This document shows positions 23,855-36,107 of a stretch of 64,000 nucleotides of DNA, piece by piece; position 1 is the stretch's first letter, and each line of letters opens with the position of its first letter. The stretch lies in assembly GCA_023213395.1 (NCBI GenBank), contig CM041465.1, forward strand, positions 217,999,741-218,063,740, read 5' to 3'. This DNA is from Cycas panzhihuaensis. Lineage: Eukaryota > Plantae > Cycadophyta. A program made the position numbers and the translations under genes. The notes beneath the pieces are model-generated. The model made no database searches. It was given only the letters and a program-made list of their open reading frames with translations, and was not told the origin of the DNA.

Positions 23855-26800
23855 ATATCCAATTACATTCTAGTCCCATTTACACTCTCTCTTGTATTAT
23901 TGTATTTTATATTCATGGTTACTTTGAGATGTGTGCCACCTTGAAAAGTGTGACAGCATATAATGGTTGACCATTGAGGATTCTCACATGGTGAGATGTT
24001 ATATAAGTATATATGTTATCTTTCTCATAATTTAAAATTTAGTCATTCTTCCGTTATACACTACATCTATTTCTTATGCATACTTCATTCTTATTGTGTT
24101 TATTGTTTATCATTCACTCATTATATTCTTTATTCTTTGTACTTTATTAGGTCCACTTATATTACTTCTATCTTAATCCATCTTTGTGGTATCACAACTA
24201 TACCATAATATCTATAATATTGCCAACTAAGAATTTATGTATGAGATAGAGAGTTGATGTTTAAATAGATAATGGATGAAAAACATTTTATAAAATAGTG
24301 AAATCATCAAATACTGAATCTTTTTTGATATTATACAAAGAAGTTTTGATGCGATTTTGATGACCTATGCTAACACTTAACAACATATAAAAGGCTTGTT
24401 TAAGAATATTCTACTATTATTTTGTAAATTGATAGAAATACAAAAGAACAAGTGATGGATTGAAATTTCCAATTGGAAAAGTAGAATAGGAATTATTTAG
24501 GACATTGTAGTAAAGTTGTAACAAGATTTTAAAAGATCTCATTAAAGATAAGACAACATCCAACATTGGTAAAATTATTTATTAGAGTGTTATGTTGAAG
24601 TTTATTATTATTGTATATCCATAGGAGAGTTAGGGTTATATGCTTGAGGTACAAAGTATGCAAATTAAGGACACATGCTTTACATATGGGAGTAAGCACA
24701 ACTATGAAGTATCCAATATCATTGGTGATACTCAATTCCTTATGAGTGGTCATATCATTGTTTTTAGTTATGTCTAATTATGTATGATAATTATACTACT
24801 AATTTCATGTGAACTTTGAATTGGTTAGAATACCATTACCATAATAACAAATAAAAAATTTATAGTTTAGATATATTTTAATAAATTACCCAATATATAA
24901 TATCATATATTTGAATGTTTCACTTATTTCTTTGTATAAAATTAACAGGCTATGATTCTATAGTGGTCATTACTTCTATGCATTAATATTTAATATGATA
25001 ATTATATGTTTTTTTTCCTAATATATCAAGCTTCCTTGTTAAGATAATTTTTACTTAATTGATGAACCAATGGTCTTGGGATATTATTTTGTAATAAGAA
25101 TAAACATTTGATAATGATAAGACAATGTTTAAGAGGCTAAATTATAGGTGTAAAAGATGAAGAATAGATGACCTTTACATAAATCCAAGACCAAAACTAA
25201 GTGAACTAGACTTAAATAGGGATAATGTGTAAAAGTATATTAGCTAGTATGAATGTAAAATATGTCATCTACCATTAAGAATTATACTATGCTAGAAAGG
25301 TGATGAAATGGCATGATGGTAAAGAGATGATAAAAAATGTTTATAAAGTAAATAGAAAAGCATAACCATGTAAGTGATTAAGTGATTTGAATGACTAGAT
25401 TAGTGGCACCTAGATTAAGATGATTTAAATTATGATGACTTGAAATTCAATGTAAATACAAAAGACAAGTGAATTAATTAAGGAGAAGGAATAAGGGATG
25501 TTATTCATAATCTAGATATATGGCAATGGCAAAATGATGAGATGGTGAAGTCTATAATGATTGGGTGGGTGACAAATAAAGTCAAGATCATAGTACTTAA
25601 AATTTAATAAGGGACCATCTTATAAGCGACTCCAAATGATAGTTTTAGCATCTAAAGGCATTTTAGCATCTCAAGGCACTCAACTTTAATTTTGATAAAT
25701 GTTTGACATGCTTTAATAATTAAGAGTAATAATAAGAAACTTTGATCTTTCTTTAAGGTATTAAGGGCATTATATGGATTCTTGTAGATGGTTAGGGTTT
25801 AGTCCTAATGTTATGAGGGCTTTAGTTCCATGTGGTTAGGTTTAATATAAATAGATTATAGGTTCATGACCCATCACAATAACAAAAAGAAGAGAGAATA
25901 GAGTGATATTGACTTGAAATCTTGCTAGCCAAATCAATGTAGAGTTGATGTAGTAAAATCTTTTGATGTAGAAACACAGATACTTTGCTTTCAATTTGTA
26001 AATATGTATGCACAAGATAAGAAGATCTATATATGTAAAATTAGCTTTCCTTTATCAAAGGTAGTTAGATATGATAACTTATGTTTATAGAAAGTGATAT
26101 TTTCTATTAATTATAAAAAATATATAATTTACATAAATGGCATAAGAAATGTGGCATGCATAGAATCCTCTTAAATAATCAAGAGTAATTTTTATAAAAA
26201 GATAAAGTGCATCAAGCAAGTTATTTTAGCAATAAGTGGAAACACTAGTATTGCACTAAGACTTCTTCTCCATGAACACTTAAAGAATGAGGAGGTGGAA
26301 TGGTCATGAAAAACTAGAAATATTCACCAATCCTCCTTGTCTTAGTGTGGAAAAAGGAAAGTTCTTCTAGAAGTATAATTCCCTTTTAAGGATTGCAAGT
26401 TTGATTTTAGGCCTTATAATTAAAGAACTTCCTACTTATTTAATGAGTATTACATCTATGTATTATTGTAGTGTTGTATTTATTAGGTTAGATGACATAT
26501 TTTAAGCTTATACTTGGGAAATGCATAGTTTCATATATTTTAAATGTTTGTCTAGAAAATGAGTCAAGTTTGGTTATTAAAACATGAGAAAGGAAGTAAT
26601 AATTGTATATATCTATACTAGTTAAAGAGGAATTATGTTCACTTCTTATTGAGATAGCTATGGATTCCCTTCAATTACACCTAAAGGGAGTCTTTATCTA
26701 AATGAGTGATGATGTATTTCCTACCTTTGTATACTATGGATAACTTGTTTTGCATGCACCTTAGTCCATGCCAATTTGGAGTTTCAGAGGATGTTAAATA

Positions 26801-27624
26801 AGGTTTCTATGACCTCCTTTAGTTTCACTTAAAGGGATGTAAACATCATATGTAATACTCTCTCCCTTTAGTTTGACTTGAACGGATCTACATCCTTATA
26901 ATTGCATGGACTAAAAAAGCTATAGGCAACTAGAAAGGTAGCTAAGCATGGGATAAATTAGTTGAGGTTCAAACTACTTGATGATTATGATATAATAACC
27001 TCTTTATGATGTATAAATATTCTTAATGTAATTAAGAATGAGAAATAAGCCTTCTCTTCCTAAAGATTGTATCTTTAGATATTTCATAGTCAAAGTTTGA
27101 TCATATTGATTCATTAATTTAGGAAGGGAGTTATTGGGAGAATTGTTGACTTAATCCATGGAATGATTTGTTAGGAATGTTAATGTTACCTTTTTATATC
27201 ACATGTCAGAAATGTAAACTTAAGTCACTAAGGTCAATTTGATAAAGTTTATGTTTAATTATTGTTTATTATGTAAGTTCATTAAAATGAGCAACTGCCC
27301 ATTTCAACAAACCTCTCACTCCTTAAAAAGCTCCTCCTAGAATCTAGGAGGTGATCTAGTTGTCAAAAGTATGTCTTAAGGCTATTCTGAAGGTATTCTC
27401 TAGTATGAAGGAGGTATATTAGTCTAGTCAGGTTCTTATGTTATGTGCATATTTTCTTAGCTAATAGATCAACTTTAAGAGGTGGTTTTCTTCCCTAGAA
27501 GGCGTTTTCCACCTTCCAATCCATGTGTATCTATGCAATGTCTATTTGTGTATATTTTGTACTTTTCTTTTCATCCTAATGATATTGCATATGATACCTA
27601 TCTTCTACACGATATTAGAGCAGT

Positions 27625-28185
27625 TGGATTCAACTTGCTATAGTTGTGATAGCCTTTTAACCCATGCTCTCTCCCTTCCCAATCCCAAAATCTCTTTCAT
27701 CCCTTTTGCCTATTGATGTCAAATTCTCCACATCCAGACCCTCATTGGAGGGTTTAACCAAATTGTTTAGGACAATGAGGGTTTCTGCAGGCTTGGTCTC
27801 TGTCGAAGGTTTCGAACCCCCAAGGGTTTTAATGTTCTTCTACAATTCGAGGAGCTTCTCTTTTATGTATTCCCCCAACTGGGGCTGTACATTAGACGAA
27901 ATCAAAGGAGGAAGATTAGCTCTATCTTTGCTGACTGTGATCTTGTGCACATAACCATGAGTTAAACCAAGCCTCATTTTCTTTTTCATTTTCTGTGGAC
28001 CCAATTCAGTACCATCCTCTTCAGAATCAAAACTCAGTAAGTTTTGAACTAAAGGCCTAGACCCCAATTTTTCTTTAGGCTTGTCTTTTCGATGGCTAGA
28101 ATTGAGGCTGATGAGTTTGTCATTGTCTGCAAAGCTAAGGAGATTCAAACCATGAGAGCTGACAAACAAAGATGAGATGTATTAG
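27625..28185 (-). pseudogene. ILP1: Captured fragment of ILP1 (GC-rich sequence DNA-binding factor / NTR2-like), N-terminal region, antisense to Copia B
   Basis: LLSFADND...LLSFDSEED...HKITVSKDR...SSNVQPQLGEYIKEKLLEL*KNIKTLGGSKP...ETLIVLNNLVKP...FGIGKG matches recalled plant ILP1 motifs (LLSFADDE; SSNVxPQAGxYxKEALxELQKNTRTL; EPxxVLKGLxKP; GIGKG). Identified from memory, not by search. Confidence 0.85.
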
Positions 28186-28478
28186 AATATCTATGTATGA
28201 GGAGCCTCTGCAATGGTTTGCTGGCTGCCATATTGGCTCTACCCTCACTGCTGCTCACCCGAAAGAGAGCATCCCTTAAGACTTGAACTGAAGTTACAAA
28301 CAAACAACATAAGAGCATTTTACCTACGTCATCATTACCCCTAAGGAGTTATTGAACCTCTCATCACCACCAAATTGCCATTCAAAGCTGTAGAGCCATT
28401 GTTACTGCATTGACTTGAATACACAAATAAACAGGTAGGGTTTCCTAACCCAAATAAGATGCAAAATAAAATTAAATA

Positions 28479-28515
<37 letters not shown>

Positions 28516-29302
28516 TTCAATTAAACTAATTAAATGTTTTACCCCCCCTTTAACATTTAATCAAACGATTTAGTATAACATGAAAGAGATATAGTCTGGT
28601 CCCCCCCCCTTTTACATTTTAATAATTAATTCATGATGTTTAATCAATAATTTAACCCCCATATTTTCTTAAAAAAAAAAAAAAAAACTTTATAAGTGAT
28701 ATAATTAATTAAATCAAACTTAGTAAACCTTAGGATAACTTAATCAATTTAATCCTAATAATCAATTAAATCAAAGTGAGAACACTTCTCCACTTTTGAT
28801 TCAATTTAATACCTCTCCTTTTATTAATCATTTATTTTCTTTTAAACCTTTTAATTTAAATGCTAATATATAGTTATAAACCACCCACTTATCCATCATT
28901 TAATAAATCCATAGTAAAATTTTATGATTTCTTAAATTAATTTGATTTCTTACATTAAATTCCCTACATCCTCTTAATAAAATCATTAATCAACTTAATA
29001 CCTTTTTAAAAAATTAAGCTACATTAATAACAAGGGGAATATTTATCTCTAATTTTTTTTTTTATCTAGGGGAGGGCATCTACACAAATTATCTAAAATA
29101 ATAGTAATGATCTTAAGCACTTTTATTCATTTCTCTACCATAAATATCTGATTAAACATCTCTGTTAATTATCAATGGTAAATTAAAGATTTACTCTAAT
29201 GTTAGTGTTTTTTTTTAATCATTCCTTGCGACTTTATTTCACCTATATCTCCTTGTCAAAATTATTCAATTTTATCTCTAAACAACATTCCTAATTCTCA
29301 AA

Positions 29303-32300
29303 ATGTCACTTATGCCAGGAACAACCACCTGTATACTAATTCTAGTTCTAAACGGCTCAAATTATGTCAACTAGAAAAATCAAATATCCCATCAGCTTAA
29401 ACAACAAAAGATATGTGATATATTATAGGTGAATTTGCAAAATAAAAAGACAAAAAATTAGAAAGTTATATGGTCTATCTGATGAATTGTGATGGATCCC
29501 TAGGTACTATCCTATCGTCTCTTTCACCAGACATTAGTCAGTAATTCTCTGATACAGATGATCTTGCCACCGTCTGTAAAACTCTTAAGGAAAAGTATGA
29601 TAAGGTTGACACACAATAATTAGCTCTCCTATAACAATAATTATATGACCTCAAGTATGATGACTTTTCTAAAGTCAAAGATTTCTTATCCAAAATTTAA
29701 CTTATTAATAAAGAACTAGGGAATTATATTAAATCTACAATAAAAGTAGGTGATAAAGAAGAAAAAGTCACACATGCTAAAGATGATGATACACTTGCCC
29801 ATTTAGTAATAAACAAACTTCCGAAGCATTTTAATCTCTTCAAAACTTCTAGACAGCAAGTTGGTAATCTACTAGTAACCTTCAATTAGTTGATAAACCA
29901 ACTGATAGAACACCAAACAATGTTGATTCAAACCATAAAATTAAATGATCCTTCTTAGGCTTTCTTTTCAAAATCAAAACCACAAAATAAAACTAAACAT
30001 CAAAATAATTATAATAGTAATCCTAAGTTTCAAAAACCTCACAAAGGTCCACTAACTACTTCTTCAAATAATACTAAGTATTCTGGACCACTAAGATACT
30101 AGAATACCTCTAAACAATTCGTTCCAAATCAGAACACTGTAAATCCTTCATAGAACATCAATTGTGTTTATTACCACAAAAAAGGCCACACTATTGATGT
30201 CTGTAGAAATAGAATAGCTTCTGAAGCTTAGAAAGCCTCTAAGGGAATTTAATCCTAACCCCAATCACATAATTATTCTTTAACTGCTTCAACCTCTGCC
30301 TTCATTTCTCCATCTAGTATATCACCATAATGGATTCTTGACTCTGGTGCTTCCCATCATATGATAGGATATTAGGAGTATTTAACCACTTATCAATCTG
30401 ATACTAACTCTAAAGAAAAGATTTCTTTTGGAAGTGGATCTCAACTTAAAGTAAAAGAATTAGGTGATGTTACTTTGAAAGATGGTTCAATCAAGGATGT
30501 ATTTTACGTTCTTAGTTTATTCCCAAACCTTCTTTCTGTTTATCAAATCTGCTAGAAAGACTTTGTTATCAAATTTTAGAAAGATAAATTTGTTATTAAA
30601 GAACTTTTAAATAAATTCAAATCAATTACCTCTAGACCTATTGATCATAAAACAAATCTCTATAACCTAACTAGTTTATAATATACTAAATCAAATTATT
30701 TTAGTGTCTTTATAGCTAAATTTGACCCCACCAGTAAATTATAACATGCACGATTTGGCCATATTAGTTATGGAAAACTTCATTATCTAAAAAGACATAA
30801 TATGGTTCATGGTCTTCCACCCCTAACTACTATTTATGGTGTCTGCAAAAACTGCATAACAAGTAAGCAACACATAGATCCCTTTCCACATTAGACCCAA
30901 TTCAGAGTGAAAGTTCCACTTGAACTTGTTCACTCTGATATACATAGACCATTCTATATAACTTCATATTCTAGTAGTCATTATTTCATCACCTTTATTG
31001 ATGATTTTTTAAGAAATGTTGGGTCTACACACTCAAAACTAGAAACCAAATGTTTGACATATTTATTGAATTCAAAACACTTGTTGAAAATTAATCTAAC
31101 TTAAAAATAAAAAATTTTAGATCAGACAATGCTAAAGAATATCTAAGTAGCAAACTTATTTCCTTTTGCAAAAAATATAGAATTTAATTTCAACATTCTA
31201 TTTCTTATACTCTTAAATAAAATGGTGTTTTTGAATGCAAAAATCATACTCTAGTTGAAATGACTCGATGCATGCTACATGCAAAGAGTCTTGATCTAAA
31301 GTTATAGGCAAAAGTAATTGCTTGCTCTAACTATCTCCTAAATCATCTACCTAGTAAGAGCTTAAAGAATGTTGTGCCAGAACAGAAATGGTTTGGTCAT
31401 AAACCTTCAGTTAAACATCTTAGAATCTTTAGAAGTATTGCATGGAGATACGCTCCTAAAGAAAAGCATAAGAAACTAGATCCTAAAAGTCTAAAATACA
31501 TCTTCATTGGTTATAGTAAAGAAAGCAAAGCCTATAAACTTCTAGATCTAATCACGCATAAGATCTCAATCTTATGTGATGTAATATTTGATGAAGAAGG
31601 ATCCACATCAAATTCTACTTACATAGAACTCCCAATTGAGAATTTGTTAACTAACACTTATTTGGTTAACCCTTTAGAAAAATAAGTTGCCTCTAATACG
31701 ATAGAATCCTTATCTATGCAAGTCAAGAATTGGATTTTATCCAAACCAACTACTATAGATTCCTCCACCCTACCTATTTTTTTAGATCAACCAATTACTA
31801 TCAAAACTTTAACAAACAAACAACCTATATAGGCACAAAAAACTTTTTTTGATGCTGGATTTGACATAGGTAATTGATTAGATACCAGGAGAATATGTTC
31901 TCAAAAACTATAAACTAATTATGCATTAATGGCTAAAATAATGGCCAGTAATGATCCAAAAATATTTAAATAAGCTAGTAATAATCTCATATGGCAGTAA
32001 GCCATGCAAGTTAAAATAGATGCTTTAAAAAAGAACTCAACTTGGGATCTTATTAGTTTACCACTAGGAAAGAATCTAGTTGATTCTAAATGGGTTTATC
32101 AAACTAAATTTAATTCAATAGGAGCTATTGAAAAACACAATGCTCACTTAGTTGCAAAAGGTTTTTCACAAATTGATGGTATCAATTATAACAAAACCTT
32201 CTCTCTTGTCACTAAAATGAATACTATCAAAACTGTTATTACTCTAGTAGCCAAATTTAGTTAGAAAATCCATCAAATGGATGTTAAGAGCACTTTTTTA

Positions 32301-33500
32301 AATGGTGATCTTAAAGAAGAAATCTATATGACTCAGCCTCTTAGATTTGTTGATAATCCTAACTTGGTTTGCAAGTTAAAGAAATCAATCTACGGGTTAA
32401 AACAAGCTCCTTGAGCTTGGTACATAAAAGTAGATGATTATCTTACTTAAAATGGATATACTAGATGTATTAGTGATCCAAACCTCTACTTTAAACATAA
32501 AGATAAGAATATTACCACATTAATTCTATATGTTGATGATACCATCATCACATGAACCTCCACCATCAATATTCATCAACTAAAATCGACCTTGATGAAT
32601 AAATTTGACATGACTGACTTAGGTCTTTTACATTATTTCCTCAAATTACAAATTTATCAAACTAATTAAAAAATAACAATATCCCAACCTAAATATATCT
32701 TAGACTTAATCAAAAGGTTTAACATGGAAAATGCTAAACCTGCTCCTAATCCCTTACAATTAGGAGTTAAGTTATCTACTGATTGTTCAACACCACGTTG
32801 TGATTTGACATTATATAGACAACTTATTAGAAGCCTAATTTATTTAACATATACTCGACTAGATATCTCCTATACTATTTCTCTATGTTCTAGATATATA
32901 TAAAAACTGCATGAGTCACATTGGAAAGCCACTAAACGAATTCATAAATATCTTCAAGGTACTATTTTTTATGGCTTAACTTATAATTTTTATAATAATA
33001 CTCTAAAATTAATAGGATACACTGATTCAGATTGGGCAGGAGACTTTGATGATAAAAAATCAACAGTTGGTTATGTTTTTTCTTAAATTCCTCACTTATT
33101 ACTTCGTCTAGTAAAAAGATATAGGCTCTAGCATTATCATCTACAAAAGCTAAATATTGAGCACTTATTGAAGCCAACAAAGAGGCTTTATGGATTAAAT
33201 CTCTTTTAAGTGAACTTTGTCTGTTTTCTAACTCTTCTATTAAACTTAAAGTTGATAATCAAGGTGCTATTGCTATTGCTACCCATCCCATTGCTCATTT
33301 AAGAACTAAGCATATAGAATTAGATCAACATTTTATACGTAATCTTGTTACTGATAATATTATTTATTTATCTTATTGTCCCATAGATCTATAGGTTGTT
33401 GACATTATTACCAAATCATTGACTGAAGTGAAGTCTTTAAAACTACGAGATTTATTGAAAATAAAAGAAGTCTCCATCAAAGGGGGATCAACATGATGAA
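29303..33500 (+). pseudogene. gag-pol: Degenerate Copia gag-pol of element B
   Basis: LNGSNY (gag), CVYYHKKGHTIDVC (knuckle), WILDSGASHHM (PR), LELVHSDI...FIDDF (INT), [12 protein letters not shown] and LYVDD (RT), YTDSDWAGD and TKHIE (RH). Confidence 0.95.
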
Positions 33501-35666
33501 GATCTTTTTTATCTTCCATATTAAACAAAAGTTAACATTAAAGGGGGATGTTAGGAATGTTAATGTTACCTTTTTATACCACATGTCAAAAATGTAAACT
33601 TAAGTCACTAAGGTCAGTTTGATAAAGTTTATATTTAATTATTATTTATTATGTAAGTTTATTGAAATGAGCAATTTCCCATTTCAACAAACCTCTCACT
33701 CCTTAAAAAGCTCCTCCTAGAGTCTAGGAGTTGGTCTGGTTGTCAAAAGTATGTCTTGAGGTTGTTCTAAAGGTATTCTCTCATGAAGAGGGTATATGTC
33801 TAGTAGTCAGGTTCTTATGTTATGTGCATATTTTCTCATCCAATAGATCAACTTTAAGAGGTGGTTTTTCTTCCCCAGAAGGGGTTTTCCACCTACTAAT
33901 CCATGTGTATCTATGTAATATCTATCTATGTATATTCTGTGCTTTTCATTTCATCCTAATGATATTGGATATGATACCTATCTTCCATATGATCATTTGC
34001 CTTAATAGTTAGGATTTGACTTATATACGACTTAATCTTACATCTTATACCTTATTTTACTACTATGGATTAGTGACAACACTCTAATGCTTAATAAAAT
34101 GTGACTATAATTTGATCTCAGAACTAAGTATTTTAGTGGATAAGGATTTCTTATTTATCTACCATTCAAAAGTTAGGTATCATAGTTTGATACAATAGCT
34201 TTGAGATCACATTGATGCATTTGGGACTTATTATTTTGGCACTACTGTTAGAGAATATTGGCCATTCTCTAAGGAGAATAGCAATTGCGTTGATAGTAAA
34301 AAACTAGGTGATGAAGGATAAACATAATGATTTCTAAGGAAAATATATATTCATAGTATGTATTATAAGTTAAGAAGATTCTTGAGAAAAGAAAAATGTA
34401 GATAACCTAAGGGATGTAAAGAGCAATTTCATCATGGTTTTTGTAGAATAAAAATAATAAGCAAAGATATCCTTTCTTTTTTCTTCTTTTATTACCTAAA
34501 GTAGGATCTTCAAATAAAGTAAAAGGTATTCTAAAGTTAATTATTATTATTATTTTTTGAAAGAGATTTCAAGATGAAGAAGAGATAGTGAAAATCTTAA
34601 ATAGTGATAAGTTTAAGTAGTGAAAGCAATAGTGAGTTCAAGACTTCAATTTTTCTTAACCACCTAATTTTGTTCCTAGGAAATTAGGGTGGGTTTCATA
34701 GATAATAATTATACATCCCTTCAAGTGCATTTGTAGATAATGTTGTATACATTGAAATAATCAACATGGAATGATGCATGAATTAGATATCTTGTAATGA
34801 TGATTGAAGGGAATAATGTAGACAACATTGGAAATCTTATAAATACTAGGCTTAATAGAAATAAAGCTTAATTTGAAGGGATTATTTCATTTTAAGGTAG
34901 TCTTATTTTGAACTCTATGGAATGACAATAAGTAGTCTTTAGATTTGATTAGCAATTCAAAGTAAAAGGGAGTCTTATTAATATTATCTGTACTAATTTT
35001 ATGGTGGTTATTACACATAAATAATTGAACAACTTTAGCCAAGCCTAACTAAATTTATAATGCTTAATATAGATTTAATACAAGACCACTTGGAGGTCTT
35101 TATTTTAGTAGGGGGACAGGTTGATGCAAATATGATATAGACCTGATGTGGATGTATTAACATTGATATGACATGATATAAACTTAGGAAAGTATTAGTT
35201 GAAGGCCTAATTCAAATTTAATATAAACTTTCCCATATGGAATATTATAGATATGATATAGATTTAATTTTTTATAATATGATAAATGATTTTGTGAGAA
35301 GGAAGACGCTAGAATAGTTGGTGAAGTGAAAATGATCTAGGCTCTTAATATTACACTCATTATGATGTGTATGTTTTTTTCAATATTAAACTTGTTCTCT
35401 TCTACAAACTAAGATCTTTCCACAAAGCCTTGTACTAAATTTAAAACCTCTATTCATTAGTTCTTTTACTCGTGGAAACCATTGTTCAAGACTTTGTCTT
35501 ATAAATTCCTGAATAAGTTGTAGTTATATGGTTATTATTGTAAATACTTAAATATTAAGAATCCTTGATTTTAACCTATATTTCAATAAATTAGGAGTTA
35601 TTATATTCTATAGATTTTCATACATTCATATTAGAGATAAACCATTATGAAGTTTAACTCTATTTT

Positions 35667-36107
35667 TGTTAGATATGTTGAACACTTTTCAAGTGTTACA
35701 TGGGTATAGGCATTATACTTGAGCCCCTTTGTGGGGGCCTGAAGGCCCATTGTAGGGCCCCTGGTTGGGGGGTCCCAGGGGCCAGCGACCCCCTAGGTGG
35801 GGGTTCAGCAGCGAGAGCCCCCAAGAAAATTTTTTAGGTGTCTTATAGGGGTCTTTGTTAGCCCATGGTTTATGCCTATTGTATTGTAAACTACAAGGTG
35901 ATATCTTATAATGTTATATCTATATATTCTTATGTAACAACACATGTAACATAATGATGTGGATGAGTTGAGGAGAAGAGTTTGGGTTTATTCATCTCTG
36001 TAATTTTTTAGCTATTGCTCAGATTCATAAAAGGTCTATACTTAGACCTAAATCTCTTGGTGTTCTTTGTTGAGTGCTTGATTTGTTTATGTTATTTACT
36101 CTTTACA
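35667..36107 (+). repeat. Probable LTR followed by a decayed PBS
   Basis: TGTTAG...TTTACA followed by TGGGTTAGAG. Contains the GC-rich GGGGTCCCAGGGGCCAGCGACCCC motif. No partner LTR found. Confidence 0.45.

Larger units (their letters stand above)
19100..24130 (+). mobile_element. Old relative of the TRIM-like element; its 3' LTR (starting about 19450) is split by the Reina-like Gypsy
   Basis: CTGGTGGATGGAGTTCACTTCATATGGAC, the PPT AGGGGAGAA and LTR start TATTGGATGTAATATC|CAATTAC...GATGTGTGCCACC match the reverse complement of 46398-47100. Outer limits are approximate. Confidence 0.65.
27169..33989 (+). mobile_element. Full-length degenerate Ty1/Copia element B (same LTR family as A)
   Basis: 441-bp LTRs at 27169-27609 and 33549-33989. 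TSD TGATT/TGATC. Decayed PBS CGATATTAGAGC 27610-27621; PPT AAAGGGGGA. Confidence 0.95.
26400..34235. repeat. Ancient ~1-kb repeat, copy 1 (26400-27168 plus 33995-34235, split by Copia B)
   Basis: Aligns by eye with 38480-38828 plus 58372-59025, e.g. TTCCCTTCAATTACACCTA, CATGCCAATTT, AATAAGGTTTCTATGA, TATAATTTGATCT. Confidence 0.8.
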
